This document shows, piece after piece, positions 12,301-24,900 of a stretch of 64,000 nt of DNA. A model generated the notes under the pieces. The model saw only the letters and a list, made by a program, of their open reading frames with translations. It searched no databases and was not told where the DNA came from. Position 1 is the stretch's first letter, and each line of letters starts with the position of its first letter. Source of the DNA: Eutreptiella sp. 'Long Island Sound 2002' (taxonomy: Eukaryota; Protista; Euglenida); assembly GCA_964036045.1 (NCBI GenBank), contig OZ038378.1, positions 4,898,001 to 4,962,000 of the forward strand, written 5' to 3'. Both the position numbers and the translations under genes were made by a program.

Positions 12301-14919
12301 AAAGGTCAAGAATCGGTGCACTGAGTGTTTTTTAAATGTTCTCAGACGTCGAAGTACCTTGCCGAAGCAATGGAATCTCCCTTGTGTGGGCAGAATGATC
12401 ACAGGTCACAGGGATCAATTTGAGGTGTGAGGGTTTGGGTACCCGCCCGCCTCTGCCACCTGCCTCTCCCAGCCAGCCTCCATACAACGAACTCAATTGC
12501 CTGCAAATGCACCCCAGTCACGTACAACCTGCGAGAGAGACCGGGTTCCCATACCCTACACGTTGTTGCAAGGTATCCCTCCATTCAGACTAAAAACACG
12601 GAAACCATGGGAGAGTGAGACATGTGTGTGGCTTGCTTTCGTGTTGCGCTTTGTGGTGAACAGCTCCCAGCAATTCCTTCAGCGACAGGAGCTGCGCATC
12701 CTGAGAATTGGGTAATAAGGCACCACCATTGTACACCAAATTGTCGCATTGGTGCTAAACCAAACTTCTTCAGATCCAAAATTGGCTCCCCCGAAAACCC
12801 CTCCTCCTGTTCAGCCTGTCTCATGGGTAATCCCCGGTGGGTTGTCTACCTCGAGGTTGTGGTTACGCCAGCGCTTCTCTACGGGGCATCCCTCATGGAC
12901 ATGCTGGCGGTGCTGGTGCGCTCCAATATTACACACCTGCACACAGAGTAGACAACCAGAGGAATCCTTCAACTCATATGTGGTACAGCTCCAGTCCAAA
13001 ACTGAAGTCTTTTGGAGATGGATCCGAAGCAGTTTGAAGTCTGGATACTCAGGAGGAGGGCAATATGACGTCAGAGGGCCCTGTGAAGCAGCAGTGGTGT
13101 GAAAACATTCAGTGTGCCACACAGGATGGTCCGACTGTGCCACTGCTCTGCCGGCCTGGCTGAGAGCAAGGCTGGGTGGGGTCAAGGATGTCTGGGTTAG
13201 AAACGAGCGAATACGTTACCGTGAGGGAACGGGTGTCAGGCGGTGATAGAGGTGCATGGATGAGGCTTATGAGGTGGCTGTATCAGGAACGACCCCGGTC
13301 AAGCTGCAGTGAGCCATTTGCTTTGGAAGAAAAGGACCCTTCTGAATCAAGGCAAACACATCAAGGGCAACTAAGCAAAGCATCGGCAGCACTTGCCCAG
13401 ACAGTCAGGCCGCCGCAGAGGACGACTATTCTGTTTCAGAACGATGAGGCTCCTCGTCAGCCTGACACGGAAACAGCAAAAGCCTCCGCAAACACTCAAT
13501 CCAGCCTCACATGAACTCACCAAAAAACCACAAAGTATTGTGAACTTCCCACGTACTCCTCGTCATGCCCCGTTCTTGTGTCATGTGTTGGTCAGCGGAT
13601 TCCTCTGTCGCTCGCACACAGCCCCCACAGTACTCGTGACACTCCTAGAAGCACCTGTGCAAAGCCATGCATGTGTTTTGCAAAATTTTCAAAAATCTCT
13701 GCACCTCCGATTCATGTTGCTCAGCCACTCCAAAAACATGGCTTTCAGCACACTGGACCCACAACCAAGCGACCCCAACCAAACAGCAAAAACAATGAGT
13801 AAACAATCAAAACAGTGGGCCTCTGCTGCGCCCTGTCGGTCCATCAGCAACTGCTGCCGAATACACTGGCCAGGCAGCGTCCATTGACTACAAGCTGCTG
13901 TCGCTGCCGTGTCAATCAAGGCAATCACATACTTCTCTGTTGGGCGTGAAAATATGCAGCTCTTGGGTATCATAGGACAGCATCCCCCCCATCACCTCCA
14001 CGTCCTTGAACTTGGGGGTCAGACCCGCCCGCACCACATTGTCACTCCGCGCCATGATCTCCACGGCATCCCCGCGGAGGTAAGCATGCGGCTCATTGGC
14101 GGCCAGGAACAGCCCTTGCCCTGCGACGGTGTACCGGGGCAGAGGAGGGGGCACCTAGGCATGGGGCATTGAATCCTGTCCTGGAACCACACCACCGACG
14201 GCGTGAAGCGGGGGGTCCGGAGGGGGCCGAACAATTGGTCGTTCACAAACACAACAAATGCTGCAACACTGACAGCCAGCAATGTCAGGACAGTGTGGAT
14301 GCCACCTCCATAAACCCGTGGCGCACCTCACATCAGGTGGGTTAAAGAGCGAGTGGAAATGGTCTGAGGTTGAGTCGTTCCATGCAATGGTCGCACTGGA
14401 GGGAGGGTGCACGTGAAATGGTGGAGACCAGGCTCGAGAATTGCAATATTCAAGAAGAACACTTGGAAACATCCACCATCTCCGGGGTACTGCTGCGTCA
14501 GGTCCAGGAACGTCGAAGTAGTGAGGTTGAGTTGACTACTGATGACAGTGAAGAAGCACTGCTCGCACGCACAGTACCCACCCACCTGCCCACCCTGACG
14601 CAGGCAGACACACACACACAAACAATGGGAACCGCAAAGGAGAACAAAGCAAGAAAGCAGTGAAAGAAAACTCCTCAGGAGCTGCCGGGCAGCCCTAGAC
14701 ATCTTTCGGTCTGTTGGGAACAGCGCAATGTGCGGCACTGGTCAGTGCAGATGCAATGCAGTACTGAGTATCTCAATTCCTCCCTGACCCCTACTGCTGC
14801 AGCTACGCTGTCAAGTGCCACCAGAATTAGAGCAACAGACCAAGAGAAAATCCATGGAGGAGTTCGTGCCCAAGGTTGTCCCAGAAAAAGCAGAAACTGT
14901 ATTAGGTGCGACCACCCAA

Positions 14920-14951
<32 letters not shown>

Positions 14952-17900
14952 CCATCAACGCCCCCCGCCCCAAACAAACACATATGCACTGCACAGTCCC
15001 ATACGAGTGGAATGACCCAAGAACCCTGCTATAGGTGCACCGAAGGCGCGCGAGAAAAAAATTGGCAAAATGAAAGTAGGTTCCCAGAACCCTGATTCTT
15101 ACGTGATTTAGAGCGATGGGGGAGGGGGGGAGGGGGTCCAGGGGTCCAGGGGTGAGCCCCCCCCCCCTGCCGAAATGAAAATTAAAGCAATGCCCTGCCC
15201 CCACCCCCCACCCACCCAAGCGCGCGCGTGTGTGGGTACGTATCAGGCTAATGCCTAGCGACCCAGGGCGTTTGGGGCCCCGGCCGACAACCCACCAGGC
15301 TTCGTTTGTAAGAGGAGGGGGGGGTATTTTGGACAAGACCCACCCACCCAACTTTGGACCCACCCAGAACCCCCCCCCCCCTTTATAGATCTGTGGGGAG
15401 CATTTTTTGCAAACCAAATTGAAGCCTGTTGGGGCTGGGTTGTGCTGTTGTTTGTGTTGTGGCCTTGTTGTTGGCGTTGTTGTTGGTGTTGGCTGGCTGT
15501 GTCCCTCCTGTGACTCCCTGAGGCCGGCTAGCACCCTCTGAAGGATTGCTGCTCTGTGCAAGACTCTTGCCCTTTGCAGCACTGCTGCTCTGCTCTGCTC
15601 TGTTTACACTGTGCCGCACCATTGCTCTGTGCGGGGCTGCTGGTCTGTGCAGAACTGCCACTCTGTGCTGCATTGTCGCTCTGTGCAGGGATGGTGCTCT
15701 GTGCAGAACTTGCACTCTGTGCAGCACTGTTGGTCTGTGCAGAACTGCCACTCTGTGCTGCATTGTTGCTCTGCTCAGAGCTGTTGTTGCTGCTGCTGCT
15801 AGTAGAACTGGATGATTAAGCTTCTGTTGGTTGCACTGGAGTCACCTTGGGGAAATTGAGTGGGCGCTGGCTTTCCTTGGCTTTCTCCCATTGCTTGTGC
15901 CTCTCACTCTTCAGGTGCTCCATTTTGGCCTGCTCAGAGGATCCAACCAGTACCCCACAACCACAAAGAGATTTTGGCATGGTGCCTGCACAAGACAAAG
16001 CGGAAGGGGGCACCAGCAAACAGCCAGACAAGGCAGCTGTGACCAAAGAAAGAAAGGGTGGCTGGAGCCCAACCCAGGAGACCCTCAGAATTATAAAGGG
16101 GGGGGTCCAGAGCTTTAGACCCACCCACCCAGACCCCCCGTGTGGCGACACGTGGGTGTGTCACGTGGTGATTGCGGTCAAAAGAATTGCGCAAGCAGCA
16201 GCATGCACAGCCAAAAAGAGATCAAGGCTGATCACGAACCGGAATGACCGGTCCTAGGCGCCTTTCGCCAATGTCTGTCAACAGCGGAGGCAGTGGATAG
16301 TGATGACCTGCATCATACAGATAGTAATTGCTTGTTCATACGGTGTCATGCATGCCATGAACGTATCAGGTATGTACAGTCACCTCCACCGCTACATTCA
16401 AACATCGGCGTCTCTTTATACAACATCCAGCGAAACAAGCGTAGACATTATCCCCTGTGGTACCCGTCACGCCCCTGCAACAGCCACCAAGGCCAGAGGG
16501 ACACTCTGAGTATTCAACAGGAAACAGGCAAGCAACAGACCCCCTCCCCCCTCCCCCCTTCCGTGGGGGGGGCGTTGTGTTGTGTGTCATGTAAGCAACC
16601 AGGGCTCACCACAGGTTGACCAATCTCCGCACCAAGAAGAGTGGGCGCCGTCATGTGGGATATGCCACGAAGCATACCGCTGGCCATCCCATATGGCATG
16701 TTGTTTCAGCCACTCCCACAGGCGCCCGCGTGCCACTTCTTTGGTACAAGGCATGCAACGGGATACATATACAACCCACCTTTGACTTATAGTAACATCA
16801 TGAGGACTATAACTCAGAAATCGTTGCATTGCTTTTTGGCAAGCTCGCACTGCTGTGTTTCTGTCATGGCCACATAGAATGCTGATTTGCAACCATGCTG
16901 CCACAGACATCAAGTATTCACTCCAACCGGACAGAAAAGGACGGCAGTTCATGAGAACACCTGTGAATAGGTTGCTGAGACTTGTCTCGGTTACAGCCCA
17001 TGGGGATTGCAACGGGGCACCCTGTTTCAATTGCCACGACGTATTCAGGGCAGATGGGTGCACGTAAACTGTGCCCCAGCCACAGCGACGTTCCATGGCT
17101 ATACCCAAAGCGTACAGATTTCCGTTCATACATGTCAGCTGACAATCATGCACATTTTCACTGATGCATGGGCACAGTACCCGCAGCGACCAAGCGTGCT
17201 GTAGCAATTTGCAAACATCAGGCATCGCCCAAGAAGCACCTGGGCCTTTAGAGGCCACGATCACATTATCACGAAACTGTGCCAATGCGATGATGCGCCC
17301 TCTATTATTGACCCAGATAGGATAACCGGAGTCAGTGGTACGCAAATTACCCAAGGCATGAAATCGCTGTTTATGCACATGGAAGCTCCACAGGCTATGT
17401 AAATCAGCTGCCTGGGCACTGAAAGGCCCACCCATAGGCAGCGCAAAGGAACGGGACCAGCAAGAACCGGCGCCTTGGTAAAAACTGTCGTCTTGCAAGC
17501 AAAACCGGACGAGCTCTGTGAGTTCAGCGTGTGACAATATATCAAAGTTGAATGCACTTGCTTTACCACAATGGTCCAGGCACTTGTCGTATTTATGTAC
17601 AGACCAAAACATTTGCGTAGCCCTCCACCTGCGCTGGCTTCGGAGCCACTGAGTGGCAGCATCAAAATGTTGTAAGACATCAGCAGGCAAAATACGATTA
17701 AACTGATCTTTACAGTCTGCCTCTCCTATTACCGTACAGTTCCAACTATTAAGATCAGTCATCCACTGGGCCACGCCTTGGATGGACAAATGCAAGAAAG
17801 ATCCCCCCCCCCCAATTGCAACTTAATTCTTATGAACAAAGCCTGCAACCCAGACAGCTACATCAGAAAATTTTTCCTCAGGGGAAATTCTTTTCATTGA

Positions 17901-20900
17901 AGAAAATTTGAAAAAAAATAGAGGGGCCGTAAATTTTTTGGCCTCTGACCCACTCACCCATCCACACCCCCCGGGGGTACGGTGTCAGCCACGCTAAGCA
18001 ATAGCCTAGTGCCTATCTGACGCAAGCATGTGCGCGCACTCATCAACCCACATCAAAAAAACGCTGTCAATTTGAGGCTAGTGTCACAGAGATAACTTTG
18101 GAAGGCACCCAACGGTCCGAGGCAACTGTAGGACAGGGGAACTTCATATTCGGAGGTTTGCTGCTTGCTGCTTGCCGTGTGGGTTGCCGGGGCCTCGGTC
18201 TTGATGTTGGGGAGCAGCGGTGACAGTGTGTGCATGATTTTCTAAACACACACCAGGTGCCGTAAGCCCCGCAGCAACAGCCTGGTCCGTGCCGTGGCAT
18301 CGAAATGATGACATTCAGGTTGCAAATTGCTGTAACTGAGGCTTTTGGCCCGTTTGGCATTGTTGAAGTACCCAGCTCGAGAGTGCACTGAGCCCTGGTC
18401 TAGCCAGTTTTTGATCCACAGATTTTTGGAGCACAAGCGTCAGAACCAGGGGAGGGTAGTGTGTTGGTCAAGGGCAGCAGACAAAGTTTCAGACCAGCAC
18501 GGTCCGACCAGCCGTCTAGTCAACAACGACAGCCTGTGCTTGCGCAAGGGGTGGAGCCCGCACACGTTTGTCTTAAGACGGATGCCTGGTAACGGGGGCA
18601 ATGGCCTCGACTGCGAAATGTTTTGTGAGGCCAGGCTGCTCTGAGGTGGTGGCTGCAGCTCCAGCTCCGGCATGAGAAAGGGGCGATTGTTCAGATTCTC
18701 ATTGCCACAGTGGTTGAAATGGTTTGCGGGTGCGTGCATGTCAACCGGGGCCGTCCGAAGACCAAAGGCGTGCACCTGTTCTGAAGGCGCGTAGAGAGGG
18801 CCAAGATTTGAGCGTCCAGCTTCGGCTTGTCGGCCTCACGGTTACTCACATGCAACATCTGCATGTACACATCCTTGAGCACCATCTGCACGGGAATTAG
18901 AAGCCAAGCCAAGTCAAAATACTGTCACAAAGCACAGCAGGTTGACTGAGCCAGGTCCCGGCTGAATCGTGTCAGCAGGCACAAATCCCCGTACAAACCC
19001 AGTACGCCTCGAGGGGAGCTTTGGGCAGGCCGGGGGCGTGTTCCAAAAAGGTCACTTGGTCAGGCGGGGGGGGGAGGGGGGGGCTCCCAAGGACATCAGC
19101 GTGTATATCTCCAAGCTGATTGTGTTGAGGTGCACATGTCCGGGTATGACAGGGTGGATCTTCTTGGCGCCATTCCGGAACACTAATTGGGTGATTGGTG
19201 CGCTGATGCCTTTTCCCTTGGCTCCCACTATTGCTGATGCCATTTCGCCATTTTGCATATTGACCCTTGTATTTTAGAGGCTAAACAAATGCAGTCAAGG
19301 ACATGACAAAATTGGCATTGCGCCGCCAAAAAAAGAAAAAATTGGCCAATTTTGCCCACACCTGTAAAGAGACCATGGACGCCTCTAGTGAGAATCTTCC
19401 TCTTTTTATCTTTGGGTTCATGAAAATGTGACGATCAATCGCCGGATGCGGATGGGGGCAGTGGACGTGCCGAACAGGGACAAAGAAGAGGAAGCAGGAG
19501 GGACCAGGGGTGAGGTTAAGTGCAGATGCAGGATGCACCGTGTCCCCGTCTTAATGTCCGCCGGCTCGGAAGTATCTCCCACTTGCTGTGGGGAGGTATT
19601 TACAAATTCCCATCAGCGCCAGGGACTCCACAGCTTCCCTAGACTTGTGTTTGACTGCCAACAGACATTGCACCATCGCGAACACACACGTAACCCTGAC
19701 ATACTGACCCTGCCAGTACGTTGTGCGCCCGCACGCACAACGGAGGCGTAATTTCGGGCTCTATGTGGGGTGAAGGGATGAAGTGTTAGGGCCGTCTGCC
19801 ACAGCACTAGCAACCACAACAGCTAATCTACCAGAACGCCACACAGGAACCTTGGCCGGCTCCAACTTGACTATTTTGGGGGGGGGGTTGCATTCCACCT
19901 CAGTGCAGTGACCCCCCCCCCAGCAAGAGGGTAACCCCCCCCCCCCCCCCCCCCGCAAGGATTTGAGATGGGACCCCCTCCTCGCAAACAAAAATTGCCA
20001 GGCCCGCAATTTGTCAGATTTCTGTCAAGATATGCCAACCTCCCTCTACACCCCATGGAACGGTGTTGTTCTTATCTTCAACCAGGGAGCTGCAATTCAA
20101 ACCAAGCTGAAATGGGCGTCAACCTTGGCATGGGTTCTGGGATTCGGGATTCTGCTGGACAGATTGTACTGATTCTCCGAGGCAGCACTTTGGTTCCTTG
20201 ACACCCCGTCGGATTTTCGGGAGACCGGCAGTTGTTTCAACAGAGTACAAACGTAGTTAACTTCAAAATTCTTGTCCCGCCATCCCATCTCACTGCATTT
20301 GATCCCCCCCCTCCTCTAAGCAATCCGGGGTGGGATACCCCCCAGTAAACTCCAGTGTCCTTCCGCCTTCCTTCCCTTTTTCCCTTTCCTGAAGGAGAGG
20401 CTAGAGCGCAGCAACACGCCCATCGAGAGCTGAGGCTTGGCCCCAATTGTAAAGACGGCAAGTGTAAACATTCAGGAGCCTGTGCCCCTTGGAACCACCT
20501 AAATACTCACCATACTACTCTCCCCAATCCTTGCTCAGCGTGGAAGTCCATTGGAGCCTCCGTTCCTGAATGTAAGCAAGCATCTTCTGCACGTAGCTGG
20601 CTCCCCAAACCCACAGCCAGCTCAACCACGGCCAGCTCACCAGACCTTCGGGGGTTCTCCTTGTTCTATTACACAACACAAACAGTGCTGAGCGCCCCAC
20701 AACTTTCTTTTAAATGACCCACGGCCTATAGAAGCGGTCCCAGACAAACTCAAATGCCTTTCCCTCCTTGCGTCCTCGAAACTGACTGCAAACCTCACCA
20801 CCCGTGCTCCTTTCAAACGGGGGCTGAGACGAATAGGAGCAGTGGGGGCTGAGACGAATAGGAGCAGTGGGATAAATAGCAGTACTCTCTAGAGCAAAAA

Positions 20901-21899
20901 AACATGCGCAGGTGAATTGTGCCCCCTTCTGAGACTACACGACATGGTTCCCACAGCTCAGCACCTTCTTTTCATTCTCGGTGCTCTCAGGCGCACTGAC
21001 AACGTCCACAAATCGCTGAACTGAGGCTTCATCAAAAAGGGCACGAAGCTCCGGAACCGTCTGCAGGAAATTGCTGATCTCACTCAAAGGCCTGAAACTG
21101 CACATCGCCTGCGAAACATGGAAGATTCCAAAGAGCACGTGCTTCAGGGTCGCGCCGCCCGTGTTATGCACCACGGATTCGTCACACTGGTGAAGGTTTC
21201 GGCAACCGCTTCTGCATCGCTGAGCACCGCACGTGACAAGAAATAAAGATGATATGTAGCACAACACGGCGTAGACTACTACAAATCAAACAGATATGGC
21301 GAGAGCGACGATTTTGGGTTGCGTGCACGCATCAGACAGTGTGCATGATACCTTGTATGGAGTCAGCGCTACAACGGCCTCGGGCTTGTGATTGGGGTCT
21401 GGGTAGTGCTTGGGGTCCCTTTTATGGAGCTGCTCTGCACCATCAGCGGAAATGCACCACAGGGCCGTCAAAAACGTTGTATTGGCGTGATGTGGTCACA
21501 AGGTATGGTAGCCGGGTATTTGTGTGGTATCAAGGTATTGGTGGTAGCAAGGCATTGGTGTGGTCGCACGGTGATGGTTTCATCGATGATGCGTGCCCAC
21601 ACCCACGTCCATACAAGCAACTTCAAGAAACAACATACATGCAGCAACCTGTGGGCCACTCCACACACACACACTTAGTGATAGTGAAGGGAACAAGAAC
21701 CAACAGATAACCAATGTGGATACAAATGCACCGGGAGGCACTGTGGGTACAAGTCTCCAGCATCCTCATCAGAGGAGCAAAAAATGCTGGCCCTCAGACG
21801 AGCAGGCGACTGACAGCAGTGGTGCTGTAAGTCGGAATCACAGACACACGTTCACACATACACAAGAGAGCAGCAGGAACAGGCAACAGCATTGCAGAT

Positions 21900-21957
<58 letters not shown>

Positions 21958-24900
21958 CAAACGCACACACACGACACCCCTAATCATGTTTGAAAACCCC
22001 GATCTTTGCCAGACTGTTCATACTTGCTCATAACACCTGCCGAGGCAGGTGTCGGTAGGTGTCATGAAATTTTTCGGCAGGTGTCGGCAGGTGTCAAGAA
22101 CACCTCTGGCAGGTGTCGGCAGGTGTCAGGCAGGTGATGGAATGCAGCCCATGCATGTAATCACACGCTGTTGCTTGCAAACACACGACACACCACATTA
22201 GGCACTGAGATGTGTCAGGAAAAATTCCAGCAGGCGTCGGCAGGTGTCTCAAGACGTCCCGGCAGGTGCTGATAGCAAGTGTGAAACTGTCCTGCAAACT
22301 AACATGGCTTCTTTGTCAACTTCCGCTGCTGACTCTCTGCACTTTCAGCGTTAACTTGCAGATCTGGTCTACATTCGGTTTGAAGGGGGTGGGGTTGGGC
22401 GGCGGGGGCATTCGATTCAATCGACACCTAAAACCCCAATACCCTTTCCCAGGACTGAGCAGTTTGACCAAGGTGGTGGGAAAGGTGCATGTTGAGAGAA
22501 TTTTAAGCGGTGATCACCCAATGAGAGATGATGGGGCGGGACTCTGAAAAGGCTCAGCCCACAGAGATGTGATTGGGTAGGGCTCCATGCGGGCTCAACC
22601 GAGGGATGGGTGGTTTGGTGGGGCTCCCAGTACGCTCGATTGTCATATTGTAAGGCACCTACCCATCTCCACCCTGGGACGTGCCATTGGGTAGTCCCAC
22701 CAGGCTCAACCCAGGGATATGTCAGAGCCTTCTTTGGCTTTACAGGTACACACATGGCCAAATGTGGTTGGTGACCACCTTACAATGCCAGTTTGACGAG
22801 GCTCCGATCATTTGGGGACAATGCAGTCAAAATTGGGTTCTGATGGTCCAAAACCTAGTTTTTGACGACCCGGTTGGTCCCAGAGCATTTTAGGAAAAAT
22901 CCTTTTCTCACCTATTTGTTGGCCCATTTTCGACTCAGTCCCACAATGGGCCCTTTTTCATGCCTCCTGGGGCTGCAAAAGGACAGAAGCAAGACAAATG
23001 GGTAGTCATAGTCCAGATTTTCATCATCCTAGGGGCCCTAGGGGTTGGGGCGGGTGTGCTGACCAGCCACAGATGCCAAGGGGTGTTGCACCACCAAGGT
23101 GAGGCTGTGGTAGCGACATATTCGTTCAGTACCACGGGGTTGGTTTGGTTCATATTCGTGTGGTAGTAAGGTATTGGTGGGAGATGATGGCATTGGTGGC
23201 AGGGTATTATTGCAACAACCCAATGGTTGATCGCATCCGCCTTTCCCCGCCCAAACATGTACCTGTTATGGGATCCCTTTCGGAAGGGGAAAGGGGGAAA
23301 CAAAACACTGACTGTGTTTTGACTGCCCTCCATGACACCAGAAACGGCAATCCAGCTCGAGCGCTTCTATTTCTTCCGCTTCCTGCTCCGCTCCCTGTTG
23401 CATTACCCACTCCTTGTCCAAGAGACGCCTCATTTGGTAGCGAATCAAATGAGGTCCCAAATTAATGCGGTTCGGACACTGACTGCACCTTGACAAGGGC
23501 CTCTCTTGAGCAAAGGGGGGAATGGTACAAAAAAAATAAGTGAGCAGCAGCTGATGCTTGCTCACGTGATCTTGCGTACATAGAAAAATTGCTTTATGTC
23601 GTAGAGCATGGCTAACCTGGCTGTACTCTTCCATGAGGTGAAATTTTCAGCTCTTCAGTGCCCGACTTTCAGCCCCAGGAGGGCCTGCCATACCCGCGTG
23701 GGACTTCTCAGGATGGGCCTGGATCGACAGGGCAGTCTGCACGGAAAGAATCTTGAGAAGGTACGGCAAATCCTTCCCAAACTGTGTAATGTGGCTTTTA
23801 CCGAGCAGCTCTTCGTTTGCCTCGAGGAAATCCCGAAGGGTCTGTGTGCGAGAAGAATGGGGCTGGGGCTGTTGGCTGTGGCAGGCTTCCGGAACATTCC
23901 CCGGTACATCAAAGGCTAAATGGAACGGAAACCAGAAATGGGGATGGAAACCAGGAAATACAGGGGGGCAGACCAGTGGTACATGAAAACCATCTCCCCA
24001 CGTGTTTTGCCATTTTGACCATTTTCCTTCCCATATTAGCCCCAGAATATCCGGAGACAATCTCATGCTGCAGGTGCATTCTGACCCATCAGACACATGT
24101 CCCCTAAGCCAGGCACGAAATCGATGCACCATCGGTCCACACGTCCACAATGCCCGTCCATTAAGTGTAGGACCCACCACTCATGCTGCCAGCATAGTCT
24201 GTGGCATCTGCAGCTGTCTCATAGCAATCATCATCCACTGCAGCCTCATCCTCATCCCTGGCAGCCTCAACATCCGCAAATCAAAAAGAGGGGTCATGAA
24301 GATTTGACTGGGCCATAGGAAAACGCTGGGGGCTAGAAACACTGCACAGGGGGGTCAGAATTGCATCCCAAAGCATACACAACGCCAAACCCATTGTTTT
24401 TTGCCCATTTTCCGTACGTTTTGACACAATGAGTGAACCTGCCCCCGCCGCCCCGCTGTACAAGAGCATGTGCGTGTTCTTAGTTTTTGGTGCTTGTTCT
24501 TATTAGGAATACCCCATCTTGATCTCAAAATAGCACATTGCGGTGGTTTGAATTTTTTTTTTGGCTGAAAAAGGGCAAAACGGATTCAAGGAGCGGCATC
24601 AGAAGGCACAGCATACCTCGCCTGCATCCATTATGGAGGGAGCAGACACATGCGTGCCCACCCAAAGCTCAGCATATGGCACCTGCTCCACGACAAATTG
24701 CGGTCTGCCATGCAGCTTCCACTGAGCAGAAACATGACCATTGACCCAGGCTGTGGGACGAGTGCCGTTGCAAACGAAAAGCCTGCCAGCGTGCTGAATG
24801 AGGTCCCGCTGGTTGGATTGCCGGCTTGCCTCAACGAGTGACACTGGTCCGTTGCCAGGCATCAGAATTCCCGTGTGGTGTGTGTTTGTGACTACTCTTC

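Noticed and set aside
18840-18852. GTGAGT donor-like site inside MPI exon 6
   Set aside because: The frame stays open and PMI-like beyond it, and the phase requires the 18775 donor.
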